NCBI GenBank assembly: GCA_010909165.1
Contig: MU008161.1
Coordinates: 124,001-188,000, forward strand
Direction: 5' to 3'
Source: Anthoceros angustus
Lineage: Eukaryota > Plantae > Anthocerotophyta
DNA length: 64,000 nucleotides
Below, piece after piece: positions 46,101 to 57,830 of the stretch. Under the pieces are notes generated by a model. It did no database searches. It saw only the letters and a list, made by a program, of their open reading frames with translations, and was not told where the DNA came from. The translations under genes were made by a program, and so were the position numbers. Position 1 is the first letter of the stretch; each line of letters starts with the position of its first letter.

Positions 46101-48454
46101 TGTAGAAGCTATTGACATTGCAATGCCTTCAACTCTGCGCATGGAGAATGCTAAGTAATCCTTGCATCTTTGAGTAGCATCAGCTGGTAGGGCCTGCCTA
46201 CCACTACCGTGGCTTGAGGCTGAAAAACAGTCTTGATACCTGTGCGAGGCCCATGCGCCCCCTCACCCCTTCCTCCCCACCATCAAGCTTCAATGGCGAC
46301 TGTCAGGTGTAATCTGCTTGTAGGGAAAGTGGACAAAGACGGCAGTAGCAGTTTCTAAGAGGCGAAGTTGGGAGCAAACAACAGGTCTGGATAAGCCATG
46401 AGCTGAAATGCTAGGCAAACACTGACAAGCCAGGTAAGAGCATGAAGGTCCATAGCCCGGCCCAATGCAGCAGACCGTTGTCGCACTGTGACATGTGGTG
46501 CAGCTGTTGCATGAGTGGAAAGCCCATGAGGCATTCCCGTTCCTCTACACTGGGTTCCTCTCATTGTTGGGTCCTGGTGTTGAGGAGCAAGCCGACACCA
46601 TCTCCCCGGTAAGCATAGGAGCTAGGGAAACTCACCAACATGAGTAAAGTCTGGCGGGGCTGGCCTGGGGTGTTGGTGCGGTACCATGGAGGAGGTTTCT
46701 CAGTGGTGCGCACAAGTCGGGCTTGATGATGCCCATCCAGAACTGTGGACAAGCTGAGAGTGGGGTCCCGAGAGGTAGATGCAAGAACCAGTTATAGGAG
46801 AGGTTGCGGGGCCAAGTTAGTCCACCAGTTGCAAAGCTGGTGGGCATAGCTTCCCACTTGGGTAGCATCCAGCAGCAAGGGAGTCCCAACATGTAGCTCT
46901 ACGACAGCCATGTCCTGGCGCACTGGAAGCCGAGTATCCAACTGTGCTGGTGTATTCTCCAGCACATGGCATAACCCAGCTGTGGATCGTGATGTTGAAT
47001 ACACACTAGCATGTAATCTTGCCGTCCCGTAAAAGCCTTGTCAGGGCGCCCCGCAAAACTCCCTATCTGACTGAGAGAAGCCTTGACACTCCTAGCTGGC
47101 CACCACAATGTCGATTGGAGACAACAGCTGAGAAGAGGAGGAGACGGCTCGTGCTTTCTGGAGCGAAGACAACAGGGGCGCGAGGCGGTGCTCTAACTTT
47201 TCTTTAGGAGAGGATTGAGAAGAGGAGGCGCGCGGAGAGTTGGTGAGGAGCTAGAAGGAGAGCATCGACGTGGTGAGGGTGAGCGATTGCTGGAGTTGAG
47301 GAGCTGCCCCTAACACACTGTTGGAGAGGAGTCTGAGGGGACAAGATCGAGTCTGCAGAGGAGAAACCTCGCAACTATCGGCTGTAGCGCCTCTCCCTTT
47401 GCTTACTCTCCTCCCTAGCCTGATAGGTTGCTCTCCCTTACCCTCCAAATTCTACCCTTGCGTGTGCTCCTTTTGTGCAGATGGTGAGAATTGTGAGGAC
47501 GGGTGGTGGCACCCGAACTCAAGGGGATGGGAGAAGTGCACATGCCACATTCCCCAAGTCGAGAGCAAAGGCAAAAGCATCCCATGCTCGAAATTCGACA
47601 CACAGCATTCAAATATCACCATGAGACCTAGACGCTTTCGAACGCTATGCTAAGGAATTGAAGATGGAGTGGTTATATTTGGTGCCTGGATGACACATTT
47701 CAAGCCCAGCGTTGGTTCAAGAGTCTTGTGGCTTGCAAGCCACAAGAGGGAAGCCGTGGTGCCCGCGAGGATGTGGTACAATCAAGTCACCCTTAACGTG
47801 GAAGGTGCGCCATTTCCAGCAAATGTACGTGATACCCGAGGCGCACAAAGGAGGAATCATCCCTAGTTTTCCAAGAATCAAATTCCGAAAGCGGCCATGG
47901 AAATGTTCCTACGACCCAAGGAGGAAAATTGGTCCCCTGGCAACGGCTGGCAAGTATCTATGTTCAAGGAGCGAGAGAAAGTGGAATCTCTTCGCGAAGA
48001 TTTGGTTGGGTCTGATCTGTGCAGCCAGGAAGACCTACAGAGGCAATTCCCACCTTATGATGATCTATGAGATGTCCAAGGGGAAGTTAAATCAGTTTTG
48101 TCTCCACCTTCCTAATGCACTTGTACCATAGGAAGGAAGTTCTGAAGGAGGAGGAACTGGAAGAAGCTAAGATAGAAGCTTCTTTGGTCTGAGTAGTGGA
48201 AGGAGAGCCATCCATGGCAGCAGAGACGAGAGGAGGCAGATGACGCACTTGTGGAAGAGATTCCTCCAACCTCAAGCCCATCAAGATGAAGCTATCGTGC
48301 TCGTCAGAACCAAAATGACAAAGAGAAGGAGAAAGAGCTCTCGGCACCTTCTCCCATGTAGAAGGTAGGAAATATGTCTCCACCACCTACCTCGGGAGGG
48401 CTTCACATTGGTAGGCAGCCACCACCAGCAGGAGAAGGCCCGGTAGGGACCTAC

Positions 48455-50330
48455 GCCCAGGAACAACTACAATCCCTGAAATTGACTGAAGGAAATTCAG
48501 TTCTAGATTTTCTAGAGTCATGGCAAGGCTCCTTAGATTCAGTAATCTCCTCAGGTCTAACAGTGGACAATGAAACACAGGTTATGCACCTCAAAGAGGA
48601 AAAGGCCTGCACCAATCCCTGAGAGCCTTACCTCCCTCTTGGGGCAACTTTATTACTGCACAGACTAGTAGTATGTCAGCTAGTAATCCTTTAAATCTAA
48701 CTACACTAATAAGCAGAATCATGCATGAAGCTAGATTGAGACAAGGTAACAACTCTTCCAGCACCCTTGGAAATACCTCTGCTCTCTTTGTTGGTAGTAA
48801 GAAACGCTGGAATCAAACTAGCAAACCCTCTACTTCCGCTTCTGGAGGAACTCACCGTCCTCCTCCCAATAATCCTGCACATAAGGATAAGACATGTCAC
48901 TATCAAAAAAACTGTCCTCAAAAGACCACCAGTAGAAAAAGCAGGACAAAAGCTGCAGGGACTCACAACCCTCATTTAGCACCAGGTTCAGTTAACACTG
49001 CACAAGCTGGACAAGGCCCTTCCTACGTCTTCACTTCTCTGCCTGGCAACTTGAATTTTGATCAGCCTTTCCAAGATCTGTGGCTCCTTGACAGTGGAGC
49101 AACAGAGCACATGTCACCTAGGAGGGATTGGTTCTTCCAGTATACCTCTTTGCCGGCTCCTCAACCTGTCTACATGAGAGATAGCTCTCCACATATGGCT
49201 GTTGGTAAGGGAGTGGTCAAAGTGCAGCTTCAAATTCATGTAGCTTTCATCAAAGACGTCTTGTACATTCCTGCACAGACACACAAATTGTTGCCAGTTA
49301 CGCACGCCACTAGATCTCCAAACAGCAAGATTACCTTCACACATAAAGGTTGTCAGATCTCCTTTAGACTCGCCTCCAGGAAGTTAGTGCAATTGTTTTA
49401 TCCTTAAAGTGGCAAGTTATTTTATGTGGCTTCAGGCATCCTGCCCGAGTCCCTAAGTACAACGCACACCACACACAGTTTAGTAGCTACAGATGCTACA
49501 ACTACTTTATGGCACTTACGCTTAGCCCACTTACATTTGCAGGGCATGCAGTGGATGTCCACCAAAAATATGGTTTTAGGGTTACCTCCTAAGTTAGGAG
49601 CTTTACCTCGATGTCCTGGCTTTGTCGTAGGCAAGCATGCTAGCCAGCCTTACCCTAGATCACATACCAAAACATCCCGTGTCCTTGAGTTGGTGCATGC
49701 TGACCTTTGTGGACCTATGCAGACAGCAACGTTGTCAGGCAAATTATACATGTTTGTCCTGCTAGATGATTTCAATCACTGGACACACCTTTATTTCCTC
49801 AAACACAAACCCGAGGTTTTCCCTGCTTTCAAAGGCACGTTCCAAGCTTGTCGCAGCAGAACCACTACGGGCGATGTAAGATCAAGATTTTTACTTGACA
49901 ATGCGGAGAGAACCTACAACACCACCTTTTTGAGGACATCTCCTCTACTTGCAGGATCCAACACCAAAAGACAGTCTCATATTCCCACCAACAATTGGGC
50001 AAGGCTGAACGCCGCCATCACTCCATTATAGGTGTTCGCATGCTCTCTTCACCTTGCCGACTCCCCAGTGCCCGTGAGGCGAGGAGAACAGCTGCTTATG
50101 TTTACTATGCCGAGTGTAATTGTTGTTAGCCTTCCACATTTCTTGAGACAAAGCACCTTATGGCGTAAATCGGAAGGGGCAAGGGAAACCAAACGCGTCG
50201 ATAGAACTGGATCTTTGGTACTGACTTATAAGTATGTCCCGCTGGAGATTTGCAAGAAACTAGACCCTTGCTCAATCCCACTTACCTTCATCGGATATGG
50301 GAAGATCTTGCTGCCATAAGTTCAATGCGC
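48455..50330 (+). mobile_element. Ty1/copia fragment: gag C-terminus, protease, GAG-pre, integrase
   Basis: QEQLQSLKLTEGNSV, WLLDSGATEHM, LWHLRLAH, LELVHADLCGPM, YMFVLLDDF, KKLDPCSIPLTFIGY; truncated before RT. Confidence 0.92.
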
Positions 50331-51779
50331 TCTCTGACGGCTAACACAACCGCGCGTTTACATTGGCCAAGAATGGAATCTTTGATGAAACACAATTTCT
50401 TCACCGCTTCCTCCCAAGATCCTCCCACGTGACCAGTACACTTAATCGGCCTCTGCCTTCTTGTTGCGATACGACCCTTTCAGCCGACTCCTATTCGTGT
50501 GTTTCCTAACCTGTAATCCTCAATGACACCCTAGCATCACTCCGGCCGCTTCTTTACCACCAATTTCTGGAGCTAACCCTCCCGATCCTTTCAACACTGA
50601 TTGGCTCTTCGACTTAGACTCGGATTCTGATGGCCCATCGACAGGTGGGGTTGTTGCCCCACTACCCGCGGATGACGACGATGGCCCCTTACCACTCTTT
50701 GATCCTGCCTAGCCACAAAGGGGAATAGGACCCACGATGTTCGCGAGCATGATGGACTTCAACTCTTCTTAAACATTTACCACTAGCGATCTACCGAGGT
50801 CGTAAGCAGAGGGATCCCAAGTGTGGAAATTGCACCATGGTGGATTGGAACAACCACAGTACCTAGATACGTCCGAATGTAACAGAACTTGGGGGCCCGG
50901 ATACTCAACATGGAGCACATTCCAACAGCCTCCACATACAGCCTTTTCCTCCTCCATATGATGGGCATGCATGACTTTGGGCATCTTGCATGATGGTTCT
51001 TGGCCTGGTTTCGCAACCTTGGGCTCATCTTTTCTTATTCACGCACTTTGGGTTGTGACACTATCTTCGGTCCTTCTTCAGCAGCATAATATTTGAAGTA
51101 CGAATATACAAAGCCGCTTAAAAAAAAGCTGGAAAACATGGTGAATCGAATTCCACGATTTCGATTTTTAATTTTCTTGGTGATGGTTCATTCCTCCTTC
51201 CCTACGCAGACGCTACTTTTCACATCGAGTGCACCAAGTTATGGTCGTAGTATGCGAAGGCCCCAATGGTCTTCGCGGTGATATTGAGGCGGGCGCCGTG
51301 ATTTCACACCTACTTGAAAAGCAATACATAGCACTAAAAGCAATAAAAGATTAAAGGAATGTTTTGCCGCGGCATGCGGCGCCTGTAAAGGTTTCGTCGA
51401 CACGCAATGTAACGTAAATTTCCAATAACCTAACTACCAAAATCTTCGACTTGAGTCTCGGTGGGCATTGCCCGACACGCTCGAACACAACACGCTTCGA
51501 GGAGGCGTTGTCGGTCCTCAAGTTGTCGTTCTCCGCATGGCATTCTCCACATCCAAGAGACGAGGAGGACCGCTTTGGGTGTTGTAGTCTGATGGCACAC
51601 CGAGAGTTCTCTGCCGTCACGGATTTGCCCGTTTTCTTTCATCTGCTGAACCCCAAAGTCGCGACTGCAGCTTGCAGTGACCCTTCTCGACAAGCTTAAT
51701 TCCTTTGCCAATTGAGGTGTCCTCGTCGGTGTGGCTCATGATTCAATTCCTCCTCGTCTGGAAGTACCTCATATCCATG

Positions 51780-52400
51780 TATCCTTTGGGGAATGAATTC
51801 ACATCGTTGTCCAAGTCCACAGCGATGCAATTGCGGCCACATAGCAGCTAGGTCATTCCGCCTCGCACACGCATCTAATATCCAATCTCCTTCTTTGGAG
51901 AAGTTGTTGATCATCTTACGCATCAACCCTAATGGCCTCGATAAGCACATACACAGCTTGTCCAATGACATATAAAGAAGCTTCGACAGTTGTGCCAATG
52001 CGCGACCATTGTTGAACGAGCCAAGGGCGGTGTTAGGTAACATTGAAACCTTGTTCTTCTTCTGTAGTTACCCCCACCCTACCGTGATGTACTCGACGGT
52101 ATCATATCCACCTTGATCATTATGCATGTTAGTTTTGTCCCATACTGAAGGAGACCATTCCTCCACGATTGCACCAGCAGCCGCATAGCCTCCCTCACGG
52201 TGTGCGGCTCCTCCACCCCATGCATAACTATCATGCGGATTTCCTCACAACTCGTCATGTCATGGAAAGAGTGAAATCATGCCCATCGTGTTTGGTCCAT
52301 CTTTACATCATGCTTTCCTTGTTGAATCACAGGCACATCCATAACCAATAAAGTGTAATTCCTCTTCCGTAAAACCCTCGGATGTCCAACACATCTCTCG
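51780..52400 (-). pseudogene. Beta-class DNA amino-methyltransferase (N4-cytosine/N6-adenine) domain, frameshifted
   Basis: Motifs in beta-class order on the minus strand: YTLLVMDVP (motif IV-like, ~52331-52355; final aromatic residue not readable); VWDKTNMHNDQGGYDTVEYITVGW (52145-52074); RPLGLMRKMINNFSKEGDWILDACA (motif X/I, 51940-51864); LAA..CGRNCIAVDLD (motif II, ~51850-51808). Confidence 0.78.
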
Positions 52401-53339
52401 CTACCACTTGGTATTTCACGATACACTCCGTGGTTGGAGCGATGAGCATTGCAGGCCTTCTTCCATGTCCATGTCGCTAGGGTCCTTTGTTCGTTCTCCG
52501 GACCCTTCCATGTGTGCACTTCCGGTGTGAAAGCACGGAAGTCCTCGTAGTTTTTCAAATCCGCACATCTTTCACTTCTTTGCACCACCGTCGGTCGGTC
52601 GAAAACCGGTGAAGTGACAATAGGTAGGGTGGGCGGCGCGGCATGCCCTTCCCACCCTACATTATTAACAAAATGGTGGGGAGGCGGGCATGCGCCTCAC
52701 TCAATGAGTCTTAAAACAAATGACACGTACCTTTCCATCGAGCTGTTTGAAGCGGTGCAATAACATCATCCGAAGAGTGCGGGTATTCACGCTAACCATC
52801 TCGAAGGAGTCACATCCTAAGTGTTTCGCCATCGCCACTTGGATGACATGAAGTTTCTTCCAGCATATCACCTCCTTGGACATACCATTCGGTCTAGTAA
52901 ACACAAAACCTTTTCTCACACTAATCAGCATTTTCGACCGTCTCTCGGTGGAATTCCTTGGAAGCTGCCATGGTTTCCTTGCATCTCTTTGGGCTTAACA
53001 AAACGCTTTCCACAGTCTTCACCTCTTCTCCAACTGCGTTTGCCCTTGCTCTTCTTGCTAGTACTGCAACATGTTTGGCCCTTTCGGGAAGTTCCATCGC
53101 CTCCCACTTGGTGAAGATCATCACGTTTTCCCACACCTTTCCCTCCGGTTTGCTATGCATAGTATATGTGTCCGGTTGTCCACTTTGTTTTGCTTGTATT
53201 GCTCATCTTCCCGACCTTCGTCATCCTCTATCAAGCACCTTGTATAAATTGAACTTCCAGTTCATGCTCATTGTCACACCATCCGCTTTGCAATCAAGTT
53301 CATCCACAGATCGACCTTTCGATAAAGTTCATCTTTTTC

Positions 53340-53700
53340 CTCTTGTCCCATTGTGTGTTGTGGTCGATTAACTCGCATCTCCCGTAGAGTTAGCCCGATA
53401 GACATGGGCCTCCATCCATTGGAACCTTGCCTTCCCCGTGATATATCAAGGCTTCATGGCGGCGTAAGTATGATTGCCTCCCCATTACCCCATAATATAC
53501 TTCTTTGCGGAACTTTTCCGGTCTAATGTTTTGATATCCTGCATCGGATGGGTCAATCATACAAAGCAAAGGCGGCACACCTTCTTCAATCGACCCTTGA
53601 GATGGCCGAGCGGTAGTTCGCCCAAGCCTCATCCACTTGACGAACGAGCATACGGGTTAGAAAGCAGGCCCTCAAATTCTCCACTTCAGTCTTTACGGCA
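53340..53700 (-). pseudogene. ParB/Sulfiredoxin-like domain upstream of the methyltransferase (same strand)
   Basis: LVRQVDEAWA; VPPLLCMIDP; YY-x-VMG/GNHTYAAMK; FQWMEAHVY-x-GL..HN. This matches the ParB-N pattern R-x-xD..V..L / Y-x-I-x-GGNH..A; frameshifts are needed. Confidence 0.6.
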
Positions 53701-53899
53701 CCACCTTCTTCGCATGCGAGACTCACGACTTTCTGCAAATAATCCTCATGCATCATAGACGCTTCAGTCTTTCTCCATCTGTTGAGACATGCAATGTTGG
53801 AATCTCATTGTTGTCGGTTTCCCTTGGGGCTTGAACTTTTTCCTGCGTTCCTAAAGGCGTTCCGCACTCCGGGACTGTGCCCACCACCTTCCTCATCAT

Positions 53900-54265
53900 G
53901 CATGCTTTTCCGCTTCTCATGGCCCCGCCTTCCTCCAGCGCAAGCCACAGGTTTTCGTGGGCGCCGGCATCTTGGCGCCCTACCTCCTCACTCGCGTCAG
54001 GCGGCATGCCGGCGCCTCCTCTACATGCAGAGGGCGGCATGCCGGCGCCTCCACCCCTCTCGGGGGCGGGGCGCCTCTCCTCACTCCGGGCGCCGGCATG
54101 CGCCCCCTCTTCCGCCTCCTCATAGGGCGCGGCCAGCGCCCCCTCTCCGCTCAGTATGGGCGCGGCATGCGGCGCCTCCTCGCATCACGTGGCGCGGCAT
54201 GCCGCGCGCCCCCTCTTCCTCCTCCAGTCGGGCGCCGGCATGCGGCGTCCCCGCGCCTCCCCTCT
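53900..54265. repeat. GC-rich degenerate repeat (GCGGCATGC(C)GGCGCC(T)CC units)
   Basis: GCATGC-centred motif repeated about eight times between the chromo-like and ParB-like segments; related motifs at 51368-51382 and 52635-52696. Confidence 0.7.
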
Positions 54266-54659
54266 TCCATGTAGCAGGGACTCCTCCCATGGTGCTTGGA
54301 TGGCGACTTGGAAGGAATCGTAGCAGCTGACCTCCCTCCATCACCCTCGGCCTCCCCATCATCCTCTTCAAATGCCTCCGCATCCCGAATGACCCAGAAC
54401 TCGGAATAGGCCCATCCTCCTCATCGGAAGGTCCGAACTACGCCTCATTGTCTTCTACTTCCGGTCGAAGTTTGGAAGTCCCTGTCTTGTCCTCCTCGGT
54501 GACATCTCTCGATGACGGATAATGGAGCTCGTAATCACCTCACACAAGCACACCAAAATGTTCTCTCACTCATCGTCACAGGCGGCAATGCGTTCGCATC
54601 AATGCAATCAACGCGGTGGCGAATGCTGAATTAAGAAGTGTACTCACATTCTCAGCTCT

Positions 54660-54780
54660 GGCGCTCGAAAAGTCTTGGACAACTCCTTTGGCTCACATTT
54701 CTTCCTGTGCAAACATGCCACTTTCAGAGATACGTGTAATCATCGGCGATGCCGGCAATGCGTCCACTTCATAAGGCCTT
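54660..54780 (-). pseudogene. Chromodomain-like segment upstream of ParB/MTase
   Basis: Composite reading YEVD/RIAGIADDYTYL-x-KW/..EPKELS resembles the chromodomain consensus YEVE-x-I..YLVKW..WEP-x-E; needs about three frame changes. Confidence 0.45.
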
Positions 54781-55594
54781 GAAGTGCAAAGAATCCATGA
54801 TTAGGTCTCGCCCTCCATCCAAAGTTGCCCACAGGACCCATCCTGCCCTTGCCCTCTGGTTTGCCAGTGCACCGTTGAACCCAAAAACCCAAAGCTTCAG
54901 CATCGGCGTCCATAGCACAGTTTCTTCATCCGGCTCCTCCGTTTGTGTCAACAACCATTCCTGCTGCAGAAGCATAGTGTCCTCAAGCTGGTTCATGTGC
55001 CTCTGCAGCTGCACAGTCTCCTCATACGAGTATGGGGAGGGAATTGGATCTGGATTTCCCACCCTCAATCCTTTGGACAAGCCAGACTTCTCTCCACCAC
55101 CAACCGCTGTCTTTGTGGTGCTTGCCTTCGCAGAATTGAGTGACCCGGACTTTGTCCGCCCTTCCTTCCACCTCCACCTTGCTCAATTGGTTGGAAAGCA
55201 TGTCCACCGAGGCGGTAGATGTCGCGGAGGATCAGTTCTCGATTTCGCCTCCTTCTTGCTTTTAGATTTCTTACGCCTCCGGCTTCTCCAACAAGTCTCG
55301 AGTTAGGCCACGCATCGGGGAGGTCCTTCTTACTGCGGCGTCCGCTCGCCATCGTCTGCAGCACCCGCATAAGCATCAAACACGCTCAATCCGGATTAGG
55401 CAAGCACCAATTCTATTTCGGACAAGGAATTTCTCACTGTCGTCCTCGGAAAGGATGGAGAAATGGTGGCGAGTCGGGCAAATTGTTGGGAAAACCACGC
55501 GGCCTCGCTTGAATCGCAGACGCTCCGCGTTGGAAGAGCTCGTTACGCCCGCTTGCGGCTCGGACTGTAGAAGAAGGACTCCAATTAGTTCGGG

Positions 55595-55620
55595 TTTATA
55601 AGGAGGCGGCAAACCCTAAT
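55595..55620 (-). promoter_or_regulatory. Putative promoter: telo-box plus TATA box oriented toward the chromo-ParB-MTase gene
   Basis: AAACCCTAAT at 55611-55620; TTATAAA on the minus strand at 55601-55595. Confidence 0.45.
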
Positions 55621-56849
55621 TTCGCGATCAACAGCGCCCGTGAGGTCCGAGTTATTGTCCTTATCGACTATGTATGGAGGAACAAGTGGAAATATGTGGT
55701 CATGCGTTTCGATGTTCTTTTAACCCATACCCAACATACAGTTCCACACACCCGCGCGTTCGCGATGTCCTTCGCATTATCGATTGCACATCAGTTTGCA
55801 AGGTAGTGTGACTCAACTTCGTGTTTGTTTATCTACGCTGCATGCGGGCAAGCCCAATATGCAATTGGGTAAGTAAGAAAGCGTTTTTCATAACGTTCCA
55901 GATACCCTTTTTTCCCCCGCTATTGATGGCTACCGCCGTTCATTTTAACTCTTTATGGTAGGTGGCATATGCTGGCATATAGTAACATAATAGCACGGGC
56001 CCCTCCATTACTTGAAATCTATTTAGGATTTGGCAATCAAGTGATTTGTCTCTCCACGGCTTCCCCTCTCTGCGGTCAAGTCATGTACCACACACCACCA
56101 CCTTTTATCACACTTGTCGCGGTAGCCGTCGTAACCTTGAGCTACGAGTCCAACACAATGCTCCAGTTCACACACTCAAGACGCGATGTGGGTTTCCGTG
56201 TTATGTGCCCTTTCATTCCTTGACCGATACCACGATTGCTATGTCATTGACAATGTAGATGTGTCAAGAAGCGGAAGATTTGGGCAAAATCAAGATGTTT
56301 CACAGTTCAAAGAGTACACGATCCCTAAGCAGTGAAAAAGCTGGCCTCCGTCTCGCCAGCAAATGCAAAGTCCTTGCCACTCTCCACGCCACAAAGTATG
56401 TATTCTTTGGCCGATAGCTGAGTCGTCGGAGCTGTCGTCTTCGCCCGTCATACTCATTGGCATAGGTTTGTGTTAGTGGCTCGATCCCGGGATGTGCGTG
56501 TTGCAGTCCAGGTGGAGAAGAACTCACTCACGGTCTCGTATAGCTATGTTCCCCGACTTCCGGGAACACGAACCTCTACTCGCCATAGATAGAAGCCCGT
56601 CGGAAGGAGGAAAGTTGGTGTCGGTGCGGGTGGAGGCGTGCGGCGGCGATTGTTCACTACTATTTCCAGCAAGATGCGGGGCCTTGCAGATGAGGACAAT
56701 GTCTTCCAGACACCCCAACCATTGAGAAGTTTGGACCGGGCGATCTGCGTCACTTTCCATCCAAGCCTTTGGCCGATACCTTTCGACCTAGCGATGTGGG
56801 CTTCCGTGTGCGAGCGCCGGCGGTGGTGTGTCTTTGAGGAAAAGTGAAG

Positions 56850-57400
56850 GCGATTCCGTGGGAGAGGATTTCAAAGCCTTGTTGCAACAAATTGTGCATC
56901 CATAAGTTCACAAAAGAAGCTTTTCATGAGCAGCAGTGCAGTTTTACGAGAATGGGCGGGACGAGCAAGAGACATTTACGCAATCGGGCGATTTGCGAGC
57001 CACAACAAGGGACAGTTTTCACTCACCTCATGGGTGATTCCTATGCAATGTTGTTTGAAAGCCTTAGGCGTGTATCTGCATAGGGTCCATGAGTGAGGAG
57101 TTGAGCGGAGGTTATTCGACGCACCATGGGGCTAATAAGGCCAGCCCTCGTGTACAATCCTCCCATGCTTTGGCTGCAATTGCACGGATGGATCGACTTT
57201 CCTTCACTTGGCGGCGCCGAATGTGGAGGTACAATCTACGACACTTTCACGAAGCATGAGGTTTGGATACAATCTGAGTGGAATGGAGTCAAAAGGTGAG
57301 AGCTTTGTGTCGTATGCATATTTCTTGCGGTACGTGGGGTAATTTCAAGCGGGTGAAGATACCCAAGTCAAGCAGTTCTCGACTTGTTCCATATCGTGAG
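56850..57400 (+). mobile_element. N-terminal Cys-rich region of a Sola/CMC-like DNA transposase, frameshifted; catalytic core not seen
   Basis: PCCNKLCIHKF; CLKALGV; HHGANK; FTKHEVWIQ; VSYAYFLR/TWGNFKRVKIPKS/QFSTCSI(C). This is the S..F..W..F..V.IPK..F..C..C pattern that precedes the DDE core in these transposases. Confidence 0.55.
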
Positions 57401-57830
57401 GTTCAAGTTCAACATCAGACACCGATCTTGGAGTTGACCAAGGTAGGCCTCCTCCCGACTATTGTGGTCATGCATGCATGGCATAAAAGCATGTGGAGTA
57501 ATGGAGGAGTTAGCGGCGGATGTCACAGGGCCGCTGCGAATGCTGGTCGGCGGTGATGTCTCGAGTCGCCGGCGCCCGGCACGTTGCTTTATGCGGTAGT
57601 GCGAGACCCTCCACCGCCGCAGAAAAAGGACATGGCGGCACCATATGTCTGTGGTGAAGGGTACTAGCATGGCGCCTCCTCCAAGTGACAAAGGGATGTC
57701 GTAGTGCGGCTTTTGTGCGTGGAGGCTGCAGGATGGTGTGGGTGATTTTAAACCAAGTGGTCACAAAGAGGCCACATTTACCCTCTTTATCGTTGTAGAC
57801 TTGAGATTCGTACCCAAGGGGTGATTTACG

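Noticed and set aside
51780-53700. Bacterial or phage contamination as the source of the MTase/ParB sequence
   Set aside because: It is contiguous with plant copia and gypsy elements, associated with a chromo-like segment and a telo-box/TATA promoter, and there is no operon-like prokaryotic gene density. A chimeric assembly cannot be fully excluded without reads.
54540-54660. PHD finger reading (H..C..W.C) in the MTase element
   Set aside because: Cys/His spacing is incomplete; a chromodomain-like reading of the adjacent sequence fits better.
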